64,000 bases of DNA from the human T2T-CHM13v2.0 reference genome, Homo sapiens. Below are positions 28,950-44,429 of the stretch, in pieces (within the stretch, counting starts at the first letter, position 1; every line of letters begins with the position of its first letter). Both the position numbers and the translations under genes were made by a program. The notes below the pieces were generated by a model. It ran no database searches, was not told where the DNA came from, and saw only the letters and a program-made list of their open reading frames with translations. The DNA lies in assembly GCF_009914755.1 (NCBI RefSeq), contig NC_060933.1. One strand, given 5' to 3'.

Positions 28950-31900
28950 TTCTATTCCATTCCGTTCCATTCCATTCCATTACATTCGGATTGATTCTAT
29001 TCAACTCCCTTACTCTCCATTACCTTCCATTCCATTCGGGTTGTTCCATTCCATTACATTCCATTGCACTCGGGTTGATTCCATTCCATTCCATTCCATT
29101 CCATTCCATTCCATTCCATTCCATTCCATTCCGGAAGATTCCATTCCATTGCATTCCATTCCATTCCATTCCCCTGCACTCGCGTTGATTCCATTCCATT
29201 CCATTCCATTCCATTCCGTTCTGTTCCGTTCCATTCCATTCCATTCCATTCCATTCCATTCCATTCCGTTCCGTTCCATTCCATTCCATTCCATTCTATT
29301 CGGGTTAATTCCATTCCATTCCATTCGATTACAATCGAGTTGATTCCATTCCATTCCATTCCATTCCATTCCATTCCTTTCCATTCCATTACGGATGATT
29401 CCATTCCATTGCATTCCATTCCATTCCATTCCCCTGCACTCGCGTTGATTCCATTCCATTCCATTCCATTCCATTCCGTTCCGTTCCGTTCCATTCCATT
29501 CCATTCAATTCCATTCCGTTCCATTCCATTCCATTCCATTCGGATTGATTCTATTCAACTCCCTTACTCTCCATTACATTCCATTCCATTCAGGTTGTTC
29601 CATTCCATTCCATTCCATTCCACTCCATTCCATTGCACTCGGGTTGATTCCATTCCATTCCATTCCATTCCATTCCATTCCATTCCATTCCGGAAGATTC
29701 CATTCCATTGCATTCCATTCCATTCCATTCCCCTGCACTCGCGTTGATTCCATTCCATTCCATTCTATTCCATTCCCTTCCTTTCCGTTCCATTCCATTC
29801 CATTCCATTCCATTCCATTCCATTCCGTTCCGTTCTGTTCCATTCCATTCCATTCCATTCCATTCTATTCGGGTTAATTCCATTCCATTCCATTCGATTC
29901 CAATCGAGTTGATTCCATTCCATTCCATTCCATTCCATTCAATTCCATTCCTTTCCATTCCATTACGGATGATTCCATTCCATTGCATTCCATTCCATTC
30001 CATTCCCCTGTACTCGGGTTGATTCCATTCCATTCCATTCCAATCCATGCCATTCCACTCGTGTTGATTCCATTCTTTCCATTCCATTCAAGTTGAATCC
30101 ATTCCATTGCATTCTTTTCCATTCGATTCCATTCGATTGCACTCGGGTTGATTCCATTCCATTGCATTCCATTCCATTCCAATACATTCCATTCCGTTGC
30201 ATTCCATTCCATTACATTCGGATTGATTCTATTCAACTCCCTTACTCTCCATTCCATTCCATTCCATTCGGGTTGTTCCATTCCATTCCATTCCATTCCA
30301 CTCCATTCCATTGCACTCGGGTTGATTCCATACCATTCCATTCCATTCCATTCCATTCCGGATGATTCCATTCAATTGCATTCCGTTCCATCACATTCCC
30401 CTGCACTCGCGTTGATTCCATTCCATTCCATTCCATTCCATTCCGTTTCATTCCATTCCATTACATTCGGATTGATTCTATTCAATTCCCTTACACTCCA
30501 TTACATTCCATTCCATTTGGGTAGTTTCCATTCCATTCCATTCCATTCCTCTCCATTCCATTGAACTCGGGTTGATTCCATTCCATTGCATTCCATTCCA
30601 TTCCATTCAATTCCATTCCGTTCCATTCCATTCCATTACATTCGGATTGATTCTATTCAACTCCCTTACTCTCCATTACATTCCATTCCATTCGGGTTGT
30701 TCCATTCCATTCCATTCCATTCCACTCCATTCCATTGCACTCGGGTTGATTCCATTCCATTCCATTCCATTCCATTCCATTCCGTTCCATTCCGGAAGAT
30801 TCTATTCCATTGCATTCCATTCCATTCCATTCCCCTGCACTCGCTTTGATTCCATTCCATTCCATTCCATTCCATTTCATTCCATTCCAATCCATTCCGT
30901 TCCATTCGATTCCATTACATTCGGATTGATTCTATTCAATTCCCTTACACTCCATTACATTCCATTCCATTCGGGTAGTTTCCATTCCATTCCATTCCAT
31001 TCCTCTCCATTCCATTGCACTCGGGTTGATTCCATTCCATTGCATTCCATTCCATTCCATTCAATTCCATTCCGTTCCATTCCATTCCATTACATTCGGA
31101 TTGATTCTATTCAACTCCCTTACTCTCCATTACATTCCATTCCATTCGGGTTGTTCCATTCCATTACATTCCATTGCACTCGGGTTGATTCCATTCCATT
31201 CCATTCCATTCCATTCCATTCCATTCCATTCCGGAAGATTCCATTCCATTGCATTCCATTCCATTCCATTCCCCTGCACTCGCGTTGATTCCATTCCATT
31301 CCATTCCATTCCATTCCGTTCTGTTCCGTTCCATTCCATTCCATTCCATTCCATTCCATTCCGTTCCGTTCCGTTCCATTCCATTCCATTCCATTCTATT
31401 CGGGTTAATTCCATTCCATTCCATTCCATTCGATTGCAATCGAGTTGATTCCATTCCATTCCATTCCATTCCATTCCATTCCTTTCCATTCCATTACAGA
31501 TGATTCCATTCCATTGCATTCCATTCCATTCCATTCCCCTGCACTCGCGTTGATTCCATTCCATTCCATTCCATTCCATTCCGTTCCGTTCCGTTCCATT
31601 CCATTCCATTCAATTCCATTCCGTTCCATTCCATTCCATTCCATTCGGATTGATTCTATTCAACTCCCTTACTCTCCATTACATTCCATTCCATTCAGGT
31701 TTTTCCATTCCATTCCATTCCATTCCACTCCATTCCATTGCACTCGGGTTGATTCCATTCCATTCCATTCCATTCCATTCCATTCCATTCCATTCCATTC
31801 CGGAAGATTCCATTCCATTGCATTCCATTCCATTCCATTCCCCTGCACTCGCGTTGATTCCATTCCATTCCATTCTATTCCATTCCATTCCCTTCCTTTC

Positions 31901-33000
31901 CGTTCCATTCCATTCCATTCCATTCCATTCCATTCCGTTCCGTTCTGTTCCATTCCATTCCATTCCATTCCATTCTATTCGGGTTAATTCCATTCCATTC
32001 CATTCGATTCCAATCGAGTTGATTCCATTCCATTCCATTCCATTCCATTCCATTCAATTCCATTCCTTTCCATTCCATTACGGATGATTCCATTCCATTG
32101 CATTCCATTCCATTCCATTCCCCTGTACTCGGGTTGATTCCATTCCATTCCATTCCAATCCATGCCATTCCACTCGTGTTGATTCCATTCTTTCCATTCC
32201 ATTCAAGTTGAATCCATTCCATTGCATTCTTTTCCATTCGATTCCATTCGATTGCACTCGGGTTGATTCCATTCCATTGCATTCCATTCCATTCCAATAC
32301 ATTCCATTCCGTTGCATTCCATTCCATTACATTCGGATTGATTCTATTCAACTCCCTTACTCTCCATTCCATTCCATTCCATTCGGGTTGTTCCATTCCA
32401 TTCCATTCCATTCCACTCCATTCCATTGCACTCGGGTTGATTCCATACCATTCCATTCCATTCCATTCCATTCCGGATGATTCCATTCAATTGCATTCCG
32501 TTCCATCACATTCCCCTGCACTCGCGTTGATTCCATTCCATTCCATTCCATTCCGTTTCATTCCATTCCATTACATTCGGATTGATTCTATTCAATTCCC
32601 TTACACTCCATTACATTCCATTCCATTTGGGTAGTTTCCATTCCATTCCATTCCATTCCTCTCCATTCCATTGAACTCGGGTTGATTCCATTCCATTGCA
32701 TTCCATTCCATTCCATTCAATTCCATTCCGTTCCATTCCATTCCATTACATTCGGATTGATTCTATTCAACTCCCTTACTCTCCATTACATTCCATTCCA
32801 TTCGGGTTGTTCCATTCCATTCCATTCCATTCCACTCCATTCCATTGCACTCGGGTTGATTCCATTCCATTCCATTCCATTCCATTCCATTCCGTTCCAT
32901 TCCGGAAGATTCTATTCCATTGCATTCCATTCCATTCCATTCCCCTGCACTCGCTTTGATTCCATTCCATTCCATTCCATTCCATTTCATTCCATTCCTT
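28950..33000 (+). repeat. Tandem duplication, ~2.11 kb x2
   Basis: ttgttccattccattacatt (29041/31151), gcattcttttcc (~30109/32224), ccatcacattcccctg (~30388/32503) and tcgctttgat (30841/32951). Confidence 0.87.
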
Positions 33001-36000
33001 TCCGTTCCATTCCATTCCATTCCATTCCATTCCGTTCTGTTCCGTTCCATTCCATTCCATTCCATTCTATTCGGGTTAATTCCATTCCATTCCATTCGAT
33101 TGCAATCGAGTTGATTCCATTCCATTCCATTCCATTCCATTCCATTCCATTCCATTCCTTTCCATTCCATTACGGATGATTCCATTCCACTGCATTCCAT
33201 TCCATTCCATTCCCCTGTACTCGGGTTGATTCCATTCCATTCCATTCCAATCCATGCCATTCCACTCGTGTTGATTCCATTCTTTCCATTCCATTCAAGT
33301 TGAATCCATTCCATTGCATTCCATTCCATTCCATTCCCCTGCAGTCGGGTTGTTTCCATTCCATTCCATTCCATTCCATTCCATTCCGTTCCGTTCCATT
33401 CCATTCCATTCCATTCTATTCGGGTTAATTCCATTCCATTCCATTCCATTCCATTCCATTCCATTCCAATCGAGTTGATTCCATTCCATTCCCTTCCATT
33501 CCATTCCACTCCATTGCAGTCCTTTCCATTCCATTCCACTCGGGTTGATTCCAATGTATTCCTTTCCATTCCATTCCATTCCATTGCAATCGAGTTGATT
33601 CCATTGCTTTGCATTCCATTCCATTCCATTCCATTCCGGATGATTCCATTCCATTGCATTCCATTCCATTCCATTCCCCTGCACTCGGGTTGATTCCATT
33701 CCATTCCACTCCATTCCGTTCCATTCCATTCCATTCCATTGCATTCGGGTTAATTCCATTCCATTCCATTCCATTCTATTCCATTCCATTACAATCGAGT
33801 TGATCCCATTCCATTCCATTCCATTCCAGTCCTTTCCATTCCATTCCACTCGGGTTGATTCCATTCTATTATTTTCCATTCCATTCCATTCCCTTCCATT
33901 CCACTCTGGTTGATTCCATTCCTTTCCATTCCACTCGAATACATTCCCTCTTATTCCACTCGGAACGATTCCATTCCATTCCATTCCATTCTATTCCATT
34001 CCATTCCATTCCATTCCATTCCTTTCCATTCCAGTCCTTTCCATTCCATTCCACTCGGGTTGATTCCATTCTATTAGTTTCCATTCCATTCCATTCCCTT
34101 CCATTCCACTCTGGTTGATTCCATTCCATTCCATTCCATTCCATTCCATTCCATTCCATTCCATTCCATTCCACTCGTGTTGATTCCATTCCTTTCCATT
34201 CCATTCGGTTTGAAGGCATTCCATTCCATTCCGTTCCATTCCATTCCATTTTATTCCATTCCATTTCATTGTACTCGCGTTGATTCCATTCCATTGCATT
34301 CCATTCCATTACATTCCATTCCATTCCGTTGCATTCCATTCCATTACATTCGGATTGATTCTATTCAACTCCCTTACTCTCCATTACATTCCATTCCATT
34401 CGGGTTGTTCCATTCCATTCCATTCCATTCCACTCCATTCCATTGCACTCGGGTTGATTCCATTCCATTCCATTCCATTCCATTCCATTACGGATGATTC
34501 CATTCCATTGCATTCCGTTCCATTACATTCCCCTCCACTCGCGTTGATTCCATTCCATTCCATTCCTTTCCATTCAATTCCATTCCATTACAATTCGTTC
34601 CATTCCATTCTATTCCATACCATTCCATTCCATTCCATACCATTCCATTGCATTCCATTCCATTCCATTCCGTTCCATTCCGTTCCATTCCATTCCATTC
34701 CATTCTTTTCGGGTTAATTCCATTCCATTCCATTCCATTCCATTCCATTCCATTCCATTCCCCTGCACTCGCGTTGATTCCATTCCATTCCATTCCATTC
34801 CATTCCATTCCAGTCCTTTCCATTCCATTCCACTCGGGTTGATTCCATTCTATTAGTTTCCATTCCATTCCATTCCCTTCCATTCCACTCTGCTGATTCC
34901 ATTCCTTTCCATTCCACTCGAATACATTCCCTCCTATTCCACTCGGAACGATTCCATTCCATTCCATTCCATTCCATTCCATTCCATTCCATTCCATTTC
35001 TTTCCATTCCATTCCACTCCATTCCATTCCAATCGTGTTGATTCCATTCCTTTCCATTCCATTAGGTTTGAAGGCATTCCATTCCATTCCATTCCATTCC
35101 ATTCCATTCCATTCCATTGTACTCGGGTTGATTCCATTCCATTGCATTCCATTCCATTCCATTCCGGATGATTCCATTCCATTGCATTCCATTCCATTCC
35201 ATTCCCCTGCACTCGGGTTGATTCCATTGCATTCCATTCCATTACATTCCGTTCCATTCCATTCCATTACATTCGGATTGATTCTATTCAATTCCCTTAC
35301 ACTCCATTACATTCCATTCCATTCGGGTAGTGTCCATTCCATTCCATTCCATTCCTCTCCATTCCATTGCACTCGGGTTGATTCCATTCCATTCCATTCC
35401 ATTCCATTCCATTCCGGATGATTCCATTCCATTGCATTCCGTTCCATTACATTCCCCTGCACTCGCGTTGATTCCATTCCATTCCATTCCATTCCATTGA
35501 ATTCCATTCCATTACAATTCCTTCCATTCCATTCTATTCCGTACCATTCCATTCCATTCCATACCATTCCATTGCATTCCATTCCATTCCATTCCATTCC
35601 ATTCCACTCCATTCCAGTCCTATCCATTCCATTCCAATCAGGTTGATTCCATTCTATTCCTTTCCATTCGATCTCTTTCCATTGCAATCGAGTTGATTCC
35701 ATTGCTTTGCATTCCATTCCATTCCATTCCATTCCGGATGATTCCATTCCATTGCATTCCATTCCATTCCATTCCCCTGCACTCGGGTTGAATCCATTCC
35801 ATTCCACTCCATTCCGTTCCATTCCATTCCATTTCATTCCATTCCATTGTATTCGGGTTAATTCCATTCCATTCCATTCCATTCCATTCCATTCCATTCC
35901 ATTACAATCGAGTTGATTCCATTCCATTCCATTCCATTCCATTCCAGTCCTTTCCATTCCATTCCACTCGGGTTGATTCCAATCTATTAGTTTCCATTCC

Positions 36001-38999
36001 ATTCCATTCCCTTCCATTCCATTCTGGTTGATTCCATTCCTTTCCATTCCACTCGAATACATTCCCTCCTATTCCACTCCGAACGATTCCATTCCATTCC
36101 ATTCCATTCCATTCCATTCCATTCCGTTCCATTCCATTCCATTACATTCGGATTGATACTATTCAATTCCCTTACACTCCAGTACATTCCATTCCATTCG
36201 GGTAGTTTCCATTCCATTCCATTCCATTCCTCTCCATTCCATTGCACTCGGGTTGATTCCACTCCATTGCATTGCATTCCATTCCATTCAATTCCATTCC
36301 GTTCCATTCCATTCCATTGCATTCGGATTGATTCTATTCAACTCCCTTACTCTCCATTACATTCCATTCCATTCGGGTTGTTCCATTCCATTCCATTCCA
36401 TTCCACTCCATTCCATTGCACTCGGGTTGATTCCATTCCATTCCATTCCATTCCATTCCATTCCATTCCATTCCATTCCATTCCGGATGATTCCATTCCA
36501 TTACATTCCGTTCCATTACATTCCCCTGCACTCGGGTTGATTCCATTCCATTCCATTCCATTCCATTCCATTCCATTCCATTCCAATTCTTTCCATTCCA
36601 TTCTATTCCGTACCATTCCATTCCATTCCATACAATTCCATTCCATTCCATTCCATTCCGTTCCGTTCCGTTCCGTTCCGTTCCGTTCCATTCCATTCCA
36701 TTCCATTCTATTCGGGTTAATTCCATTCCATTCCATTCCATTCCATTCTATTCCATTCCATTGCAATCGAGTTGAATCCATTGCATTCCATTCCATTCCA
36801 TTCCGGAAGATTCCATTGCATTGCATTCCATTCCATTCCATTCCCCTGCACTCGTGTTGATTCCATTCCATTCCATTCCATTCCATTCCATTCCGATCCG
36901 TTCCATTCCATTCCATTCCATTCCATTCCATTCCGTTCCGTTCCGTTCCATTCCATTCCATTCCATTCCATTCGGATTCATTCTATTCAATTCCCTTACA
37001 CTCCATTACATTCCATTCCATTCGGGTAGTTTCCATTCCATTCCATTCCATTCCTCTCCATTCCATTGCACTCGGGTTGATTCCATTCCATTCCATTCCA
37101 TTCCATTCCATTCCATTCCATTCCGGATGATTCCATTCCATTGAATTCCATTCCATTCCATTCCTCTGCACTTGGGTTGATTCCATTACATTCCATTCCA
37201 TTCCTTTCTGTTCCATTCCATTCCATTCCATTCCATTCTATTCGTGTTAATTCCATTCCATTCTATTCCATTCCATTCCATTGAAATCGAGTTGATTCCA
37301 TTCCATTCCATTCCATTCCATTCCATTCCATTCCATTCCATTCCATTCCGGATGATTCCATTACATTGCATTCCATTCCATTCCATTCCCCTGCACTCGG
37401 GTTGATTCCATTCCATTCCATTGCATTACATTCCGTTCCATTCCGTTCCATTTCATTCTATTCGGGTTAATTCCATTCCATTGCATTCCACTCCATTCCA
37501 GTCCTTTCCATTCCATTCCACTCGGGTTGATTCCATTCTATTCCTTTCCATTCCATTCCATTCCATTGCAATAGAGTTGATTCCATTCGAGTTGAATCCA
37601 TTCCATTCCATTCCATTCCATTGCACACGGGTTCATTCCATTCCATTCCATTCCATTCCATTCCATTCCATTCCATTCCATTCCATTCCATTCCATTTCA
37701 TTCCATTCCATTCTATTCCGTACCATTCCATTCCATCCCATTCCATTCCGTTCCATTCCATGCCATTACACTCGGGTTGATTCCATTCCTTTCCATTCCA
37801 TTCTTGTTGAATCCATTCCATTCCATTCCATTCCATTCGAATCCATTCCATTGCACTCGGGTTGATTCCATTCCATTCCATTCCATTCCATTTCATTCCA
37901 TTCCATTCCATTACATTCGGATTGATTCTATTGAATTCCCTTACACTCCATTACATTCCATTCCATTCGGGATGTTTCCATTCCATTCCATTCCATTCCA
38001 CTCCATTCCATTGCATCAGGTTGATGGCATTCCATTCCATTCCATTCCATTCCGGATGATTCCATTCCATTGCATTCCATTCCATTCCATTCCCCTGCAC
38101 TCGGGTTGATTCCATTCCATTCCATTCCATTCCATTGCATTCCGTTCCATTCCATTCCATTCCATTCTATTCTGGTTAATTCCATTCCATTACATTCGAT
38201 TCCATTCCATTCCCTTCCATTCCATTGCAATCGAGTTGATTCCATTCCATTCCATTCCATTCCGTTCCGGATGATTCCATTCCATTCCATTCCATTCCAT
38301 TCCATTCCATTCCATTCCATTCCCCTGCAGTCGGGTTGATTCCATTCCATTCCATTCCATTCCATTCCATTCCATTCCATTTCGTTCCATTCCATTCCAT
38401 TCCATTCTATTCGGGTGAATTCCATTCCATTCCATTCCATTCCATTCCATTCCATTCCATTCCACTCCATTCCAGTCCTTTCCATTCCATTACACTCGGG
38501 TGATTCCATTCTATTCCTTTCCATTCCATTCCATTCCATTGCAATAGAGTTGATTCCATTGCTTTGCATTCCATTCCATTCCATTCCATTCCGGATGATT
38601 CCATTCCGTTGCATTCCTTTCCATTACATTCCCCTGCACTCGGGTTTATTCCATTCCATTCCATTCCATTACATTCGATTCCATTCCATTCCCCTGCACT
38701 CGCGTTGATTCCATTCCTTTCCATTCCATTCCATTCCATTCCATTCCATTCCATTCCTTTCCGTTCCATTCCATTCCATTCCATTCCATTCCATTCCGTT
38801 CCGTTCCATTCCATTCCATTCCATTCTATTCGCGTTAATTCCATTCCATTCCATTCGATTGCAATCGAGTTGATTCCATTCCATTCCATTCCATTCCATT
38901 CCATTCCATTCCATTACGGATGATTCTATTCCATTGCATTCCATTCCATTCCATTCCCCTGTACTCGGGTTGATTCCATTGCATTCCATTCCATTCCAT

Positions 39000-41900
39000 T
39001 CCCCTGCAGTCGGGTTGATTCCATTCCATTCCATTCCATTCCTTTCCATTCCATTCCATTCCGTTCCGTTCCGTTCCATTCCATTCCATTCCATTCTATT
39101 CGGGTTAATTCCATTCCATTCCATTCCATTCCTTTCCATTCCATTCCAATCGAGTTGATTCCATTCCATTCCATTCCATTCCATTCCATTCCAGTCCTTT
39201 CCATTCCATTCCACTCGGGTTGATTCCAATGTATTCCTTTCCATTCCATTCCATTCCATTGCAATCGAGTTGATTCCATTGCTTTGCATTCCATTCCATT
39301 CCATTCCATTCCGGATGACTCCATTCCATTGCATTCCATTCCATTGCATTCCCCTGCACTCGGGTTGATTCCATTCCATTCCACTCCATTCCTTTGCATT
39401 CCATTCCATTCCATTGTATTCGGGTTAATTCCATTCCATTCCATTCCATTCCATTCCATTCCATTCCATTCCATTACAATCGAGTTGATTCCATTCCATT
39501 CCATTCCATTCCATTCCATTCCATTCCAGTCCTTTCCATTCCATTCCACTCGGGTTGATTCCATTCTATCCGTTTCCATTCCATTCCATTCCCTTCCATT
39601 CCACTCTGGTTGATTCCATTCCTTTCCATTCCACTCGAATATATTCCCTCCTATTCCACTCGGAACGATTCCATTCCATTCCATTTCATTCCATTCCATT
39701 CCATTCCATTCCATTCCATTTCGTTCCATTCCATTCTATTCCGTATCATTCCATTCCATTCCATTCCAATCCATTCCATTCCATTCCACTCGTGTTGATT
39801 CCATTCCTTTCCATTCCATTCGGTTTGAAGGCTTTCCATTCCATTCCATTCCATTCCATTCCATTCCATTCCATTCCATTGTACTCGGGTTGATTCCATT
39901 CCATTGCATTCCATTCCATTCCATTCCATTGCAATCCATTGCATTCCATTCCAATACATTCGGATTGATTCTATTCAACTCCATTACTCTCCATTACATT
40001 CCATTCCATTCGGGTTGTTCCATTCCATTCCATTCCATTCCACTCCATTCCATTGCACTCGGGTTGATTCCATTCCATTCCATTCCATTCCATTCCATTC
40101 CGGATGATTCCATTCCACTGCATTCCGTTCCATTACATTCCCCTGCACTCGCGTTGATTCCATTCCATTCCATTCCATTCCATTCCATTCCATTCCGTTC
40201 CGTTCCATTCCATTCCATTCCATTCTATTTGGGTTAATTCCATTCCATTCCATTCGATTGCGATCGAGTTGATTCCATTCCATTCCATTCCATTCCATTC
40301 CATTCCATTCCATTCCTTTCCATTACATTACGGATGATTCCATTCCATTGCATTCCATTCCATTCCATTCCCCTGTACTCAGGTTGATTCCATTCCATTC
40401 CATTCCAATCCATGCCATTCCACTCGTATTGATTCCATTGTTTCCATTCCATTCAAGTTGAATCCATTCCATTGCATTCCATTCCATTCGATTCCATTCG
40501 ATTGCAGTCGGGTTGATTCCATTCCATTGCATTCCATTCCATTCCATTCCATTCCATTCCATTCCATTCCATTCCGTTCCATTCCATTCCATTACATTCG
40601 GATTGATTCTATTCAATTCCCTTACACTCCATTACATTCCATTCCTTTCGGGTAGTTTCCATTCCATTCCATTCCATTCCTCTCCATTCCATTGCACTGG
40701 GGTTGATTCCATTCCATTGCATTCCATTCCATACCATTCAATTCCATTCCGTTCCATTCCATTCCATTACATTCGGATTGATTCTATTCAACTCCCTTAC
40801 TCTCCATTACATTCGATTCCATTCGGGTTGTTCCATTCCATTCCATTCCATTCCACTCCATTCCATTGCACTCAGGTTGATTCCATTGAATTCCATTCCA
40901 TTCCATTCCATTCCATTCCATTCCGGAAGATTCCATTCCATTGCATTCCATTCCATTCCATTCCCCTGCACTCACGTTGATTTCATTCCATTCCATTCCA
41001 TTCCATTCCATTCCATTCCATTCCATTCAATTCCTTTCCATTCCATTCCATTCCATTCCATTCCATTCCATTCCATTCCGTTCCGTTCTGTTCCATTCCA
41101 TTCCATTCCATTCTATTCGGGTTAATTCCATTCCATTCCATTCGATTGCAATCGAGTTGATTCCATGCCATTCCATTCCATTCCATTCCATTCCATTCCA
41201 TGCCTTTCCATTCCCTTACGGATGATTCCATTCCATTGCATTCCATTCCATTCCTTTCCCCTGTACTCGGGTTGATTCCATTCCATTCCATTCCAATCCA
41301 TGCCATTCCACTCGTGTTGATTCCATTCTTTCCATTCCATTCAAGTTGAATCCATTCCATTGCTTTCCATTCCATTCCATTCCCCTGTAGTCGGGTTGAT
41401 TCCATTCCATTCCATTCCATTCCATTCCATTCCATTCCATTCCGTTCCGTTCCGTTCCGTTCCCTTCCATTCCATTCCATTCCATTCTATTCGGGTTAAT
41501 TCCATTCCATTCCATTCCATTCCATTCCATTCCATTCCAATCGAGTTGATTCCATTCCATTCCATTCCATTCCATTCCACTCCATTCCAGTCCTTTCCAT
41601 TCCATTCCACTCGGGTTGATTCCAATGTATTCCTTTCCATTCCATTCCATTCCATTGCAATCGAGTTGATTCCATTGCTTTGCATTCCATTCCATTCCAT
41701 TCCATTCCGGATGACTCCATTCCATTGCATTCCATTCCATTGCATTCCCCTGCACTCGGGTTGATTCCATTCCGTTCCACTCCATTCCGTTGCATTCCAT
41801 TCCATTCCATTGTATTCGGGTTAATTCCATTCCATTCCATTAAATTCCATTCCATTCCATTCCAATCGAGTTGATTCCATTCCATTCCATTCCATTCCAT

Positions 41901-42550
41901 TCCATTCCATTCCAGTCCTTTCCATTGCATTCCACTCGGGTTGATTCCATTCTATTAGTTTCCATTCCATTCCATTCCCTTCCATTCCACTCTGGTTGAT
42001 TCCATTCCTTTCCATTCCACTCGAATACATTCCCTCCTATTCCACTCGGAACGATTCCATTCCATTTCATTCCGTTCCATTCCATTCCATTCCATTCCAT
42101 TCCATTTCGTTCCATTACATTCTATTCCGTATCATTCCATTCCGTTCCATTCCATTCCATTCCATTCCATTCCACTCGTGTTGATTCCATTCCTTTCCAT
42201 TCCATTCGGTTTGAAGGCTTTCCATTCCATTCCATTCCATTCCATTCCATTCCATTCCATTGTACTCGGGTTGATTCTATTCCATTGCATTCCATTCCAT
42301 TCCATTCCATTCCAATCCGTTGCATTCCATTCCATTACATTCGGATTGATTCTATTCAACTCCCTTACTCTCCATTATATTCCATTCCATTCGGGTTGTT
42401 CCATTCCATTCCATTCCATTCCACTCCATTCCATTGCACTCGGGTTGATTCCATTCCATTCCATTCCATTCCATTCCATTCCGGATGATTCCATTCCATT
42501 GCATTCCGTTCCATTACATTCCCCTGCACTCGCGTTGATTCCATTCCATT
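39000..42550 (+). repeat. Direct duplication ~39000-40150 and ~41390-42550 (offset ~2.39 kb)
   Basis: ccggatgactcc (39311/~41707), ccgtatcatt (39741/~42127) and cggtttgaaggctttcc (39821/~42207). Confidence 0.75.
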
Positions 42551-44429
42551 CCATTCCATTCCATTCCATTCAATTCCATTCCATTACAATTCGTTCCATT
42601 CAATTCTATTCCGTACCATTCCATTCCATTCCATACCATTCCATTCCATTCCATTCCATTCCATTCCATTCCGTTCCATTCCGTTCCATTCCATTCCATT
42701 CCATTCTATTCGGGTTAATTCCATTCCATTCCATTCAATTCCATTCCATTCCATTCCAATCTATTCCATTCCATTGCAATCGAGTTGAATCCATTGCATT
42801 TCATTCCATTCCATTCCATTCCATTCCATTCCATTCCATTGCAATCGAGTTGAATCCATTGCATTTCATTCCATTCCATTCCATTCCATTCCATTCCATT
42901 CCGGAAGATTCCATTCCATTGCATTCCATTCCATTCCATTCCCCTGCACTCGCGTTGATTCCTTTCCATTCCATTCCATTCCATTCCATTCCATTCCGTT
43001 CCGTTCCGTTCCATTTCATTCCATTCCATTCCATTCCATTCCATTCCGTTCCGTTCCATTCCATTCCATTCCATTCTATTCGGGTTAATTCCATTCCTTT
43101 CCATTCGATTGCAATCGAGTTGATTCCATTCCATTCCATTCCATTCCATTCCATTCCATTCCATTCCAATCGAGTTGATTGCATTCCATTCCATTCCATT
43201 CCATTCCACTCCATTCCAGTCCTTTCCATTCCATTCCACTCGGGTTGATTCCATTCTATTCCTTTCCATTCCATTCCATTCCATTGCAATCGAGTTGATT
43301 CAATTGCTTTGCATTCCATTCCATTCCATTCCATTCCGGATGATTCCATTCCATTGCATTCCATTCCATTCCATTCCCCTGCACTCGGGTTGATTCCATT
43401 CCATTCCACTCCATTCCGTTCCATTCCATTCCATTCCATTTTATTCGGGTTAATTCCATTCCATGCCATTCCATTCCATTCCATTCCATTCCATTCCAGT
43501 CCTTTCCATTCCATTCCACTCGGGTTGATTCCATTCTGTTAGTTTCCATTCCATTCCATTCCCTTCCATTCCACTCTGGTTGATTCCATTCCTTTCCATT
43601 CCAATTGAATACATTCCCTCCTATTCCACTCGGATCGATTCCATTCCATTCCATTCCATTCCATTCCATTCCATTCCATTCCATTCCATTCCATTTCGTT
43701 CCATTCCATTCTATTCCGTACCATTCCATTCCATTCCATTCCTTTCCATTCCATTCCATTCCATTCCACTCTTGTTGATTCCATTCCTTTCCATTCCATT
43801 CGGTTTGAAGGCATTCCATTCCATTCAATTCCATTCCATTCCATTCCATTCCATTCCATTCCATTCCATTGTACTCGGGTTGATTCCATTCCATTCCATT
43901 CCATTCCATTCCATTCCATTCCATTCCATTCCGTTGCATTCCATTCCATTACATTCGGACTGATTCTATTCAACTCCCTTACTCTCCATTACATTCCATT
44001 CCATTCGGGTTGTTCCATTCCATTCCATTCCATTCCACTCCATTCCATTGCACTCGGGTTGATTCCATTCCATTCCATTCCATACCATTCCATTCCATTC
44101 CATTCCATTCCATTCCGTTCCATTCCGTTCCATTCCATTCCATTCCATTCTTTTCGGGTTAATTCCATTCCATTCCATTCCATTCCATTCTATTCCATTC
44201 CATTGCAATCGAGTTGAATCCATTGCATTTCATGCCATTCCATTCCATTCCATTCCATTCCGGAAGTTTCCATTCCATTGCATTCCATACCATTCCATTT
44301 CCCTGCACTCGCGTTGATTCCATTCCATTCCATTCCATTCCATTCCATTCCATTCCGTTCCGTTCCGTTCCATTCCATTCTATTCCATTCCATTGCATTC
44401 CATTCCGTTCCGTTCCATTCCATTCTATT

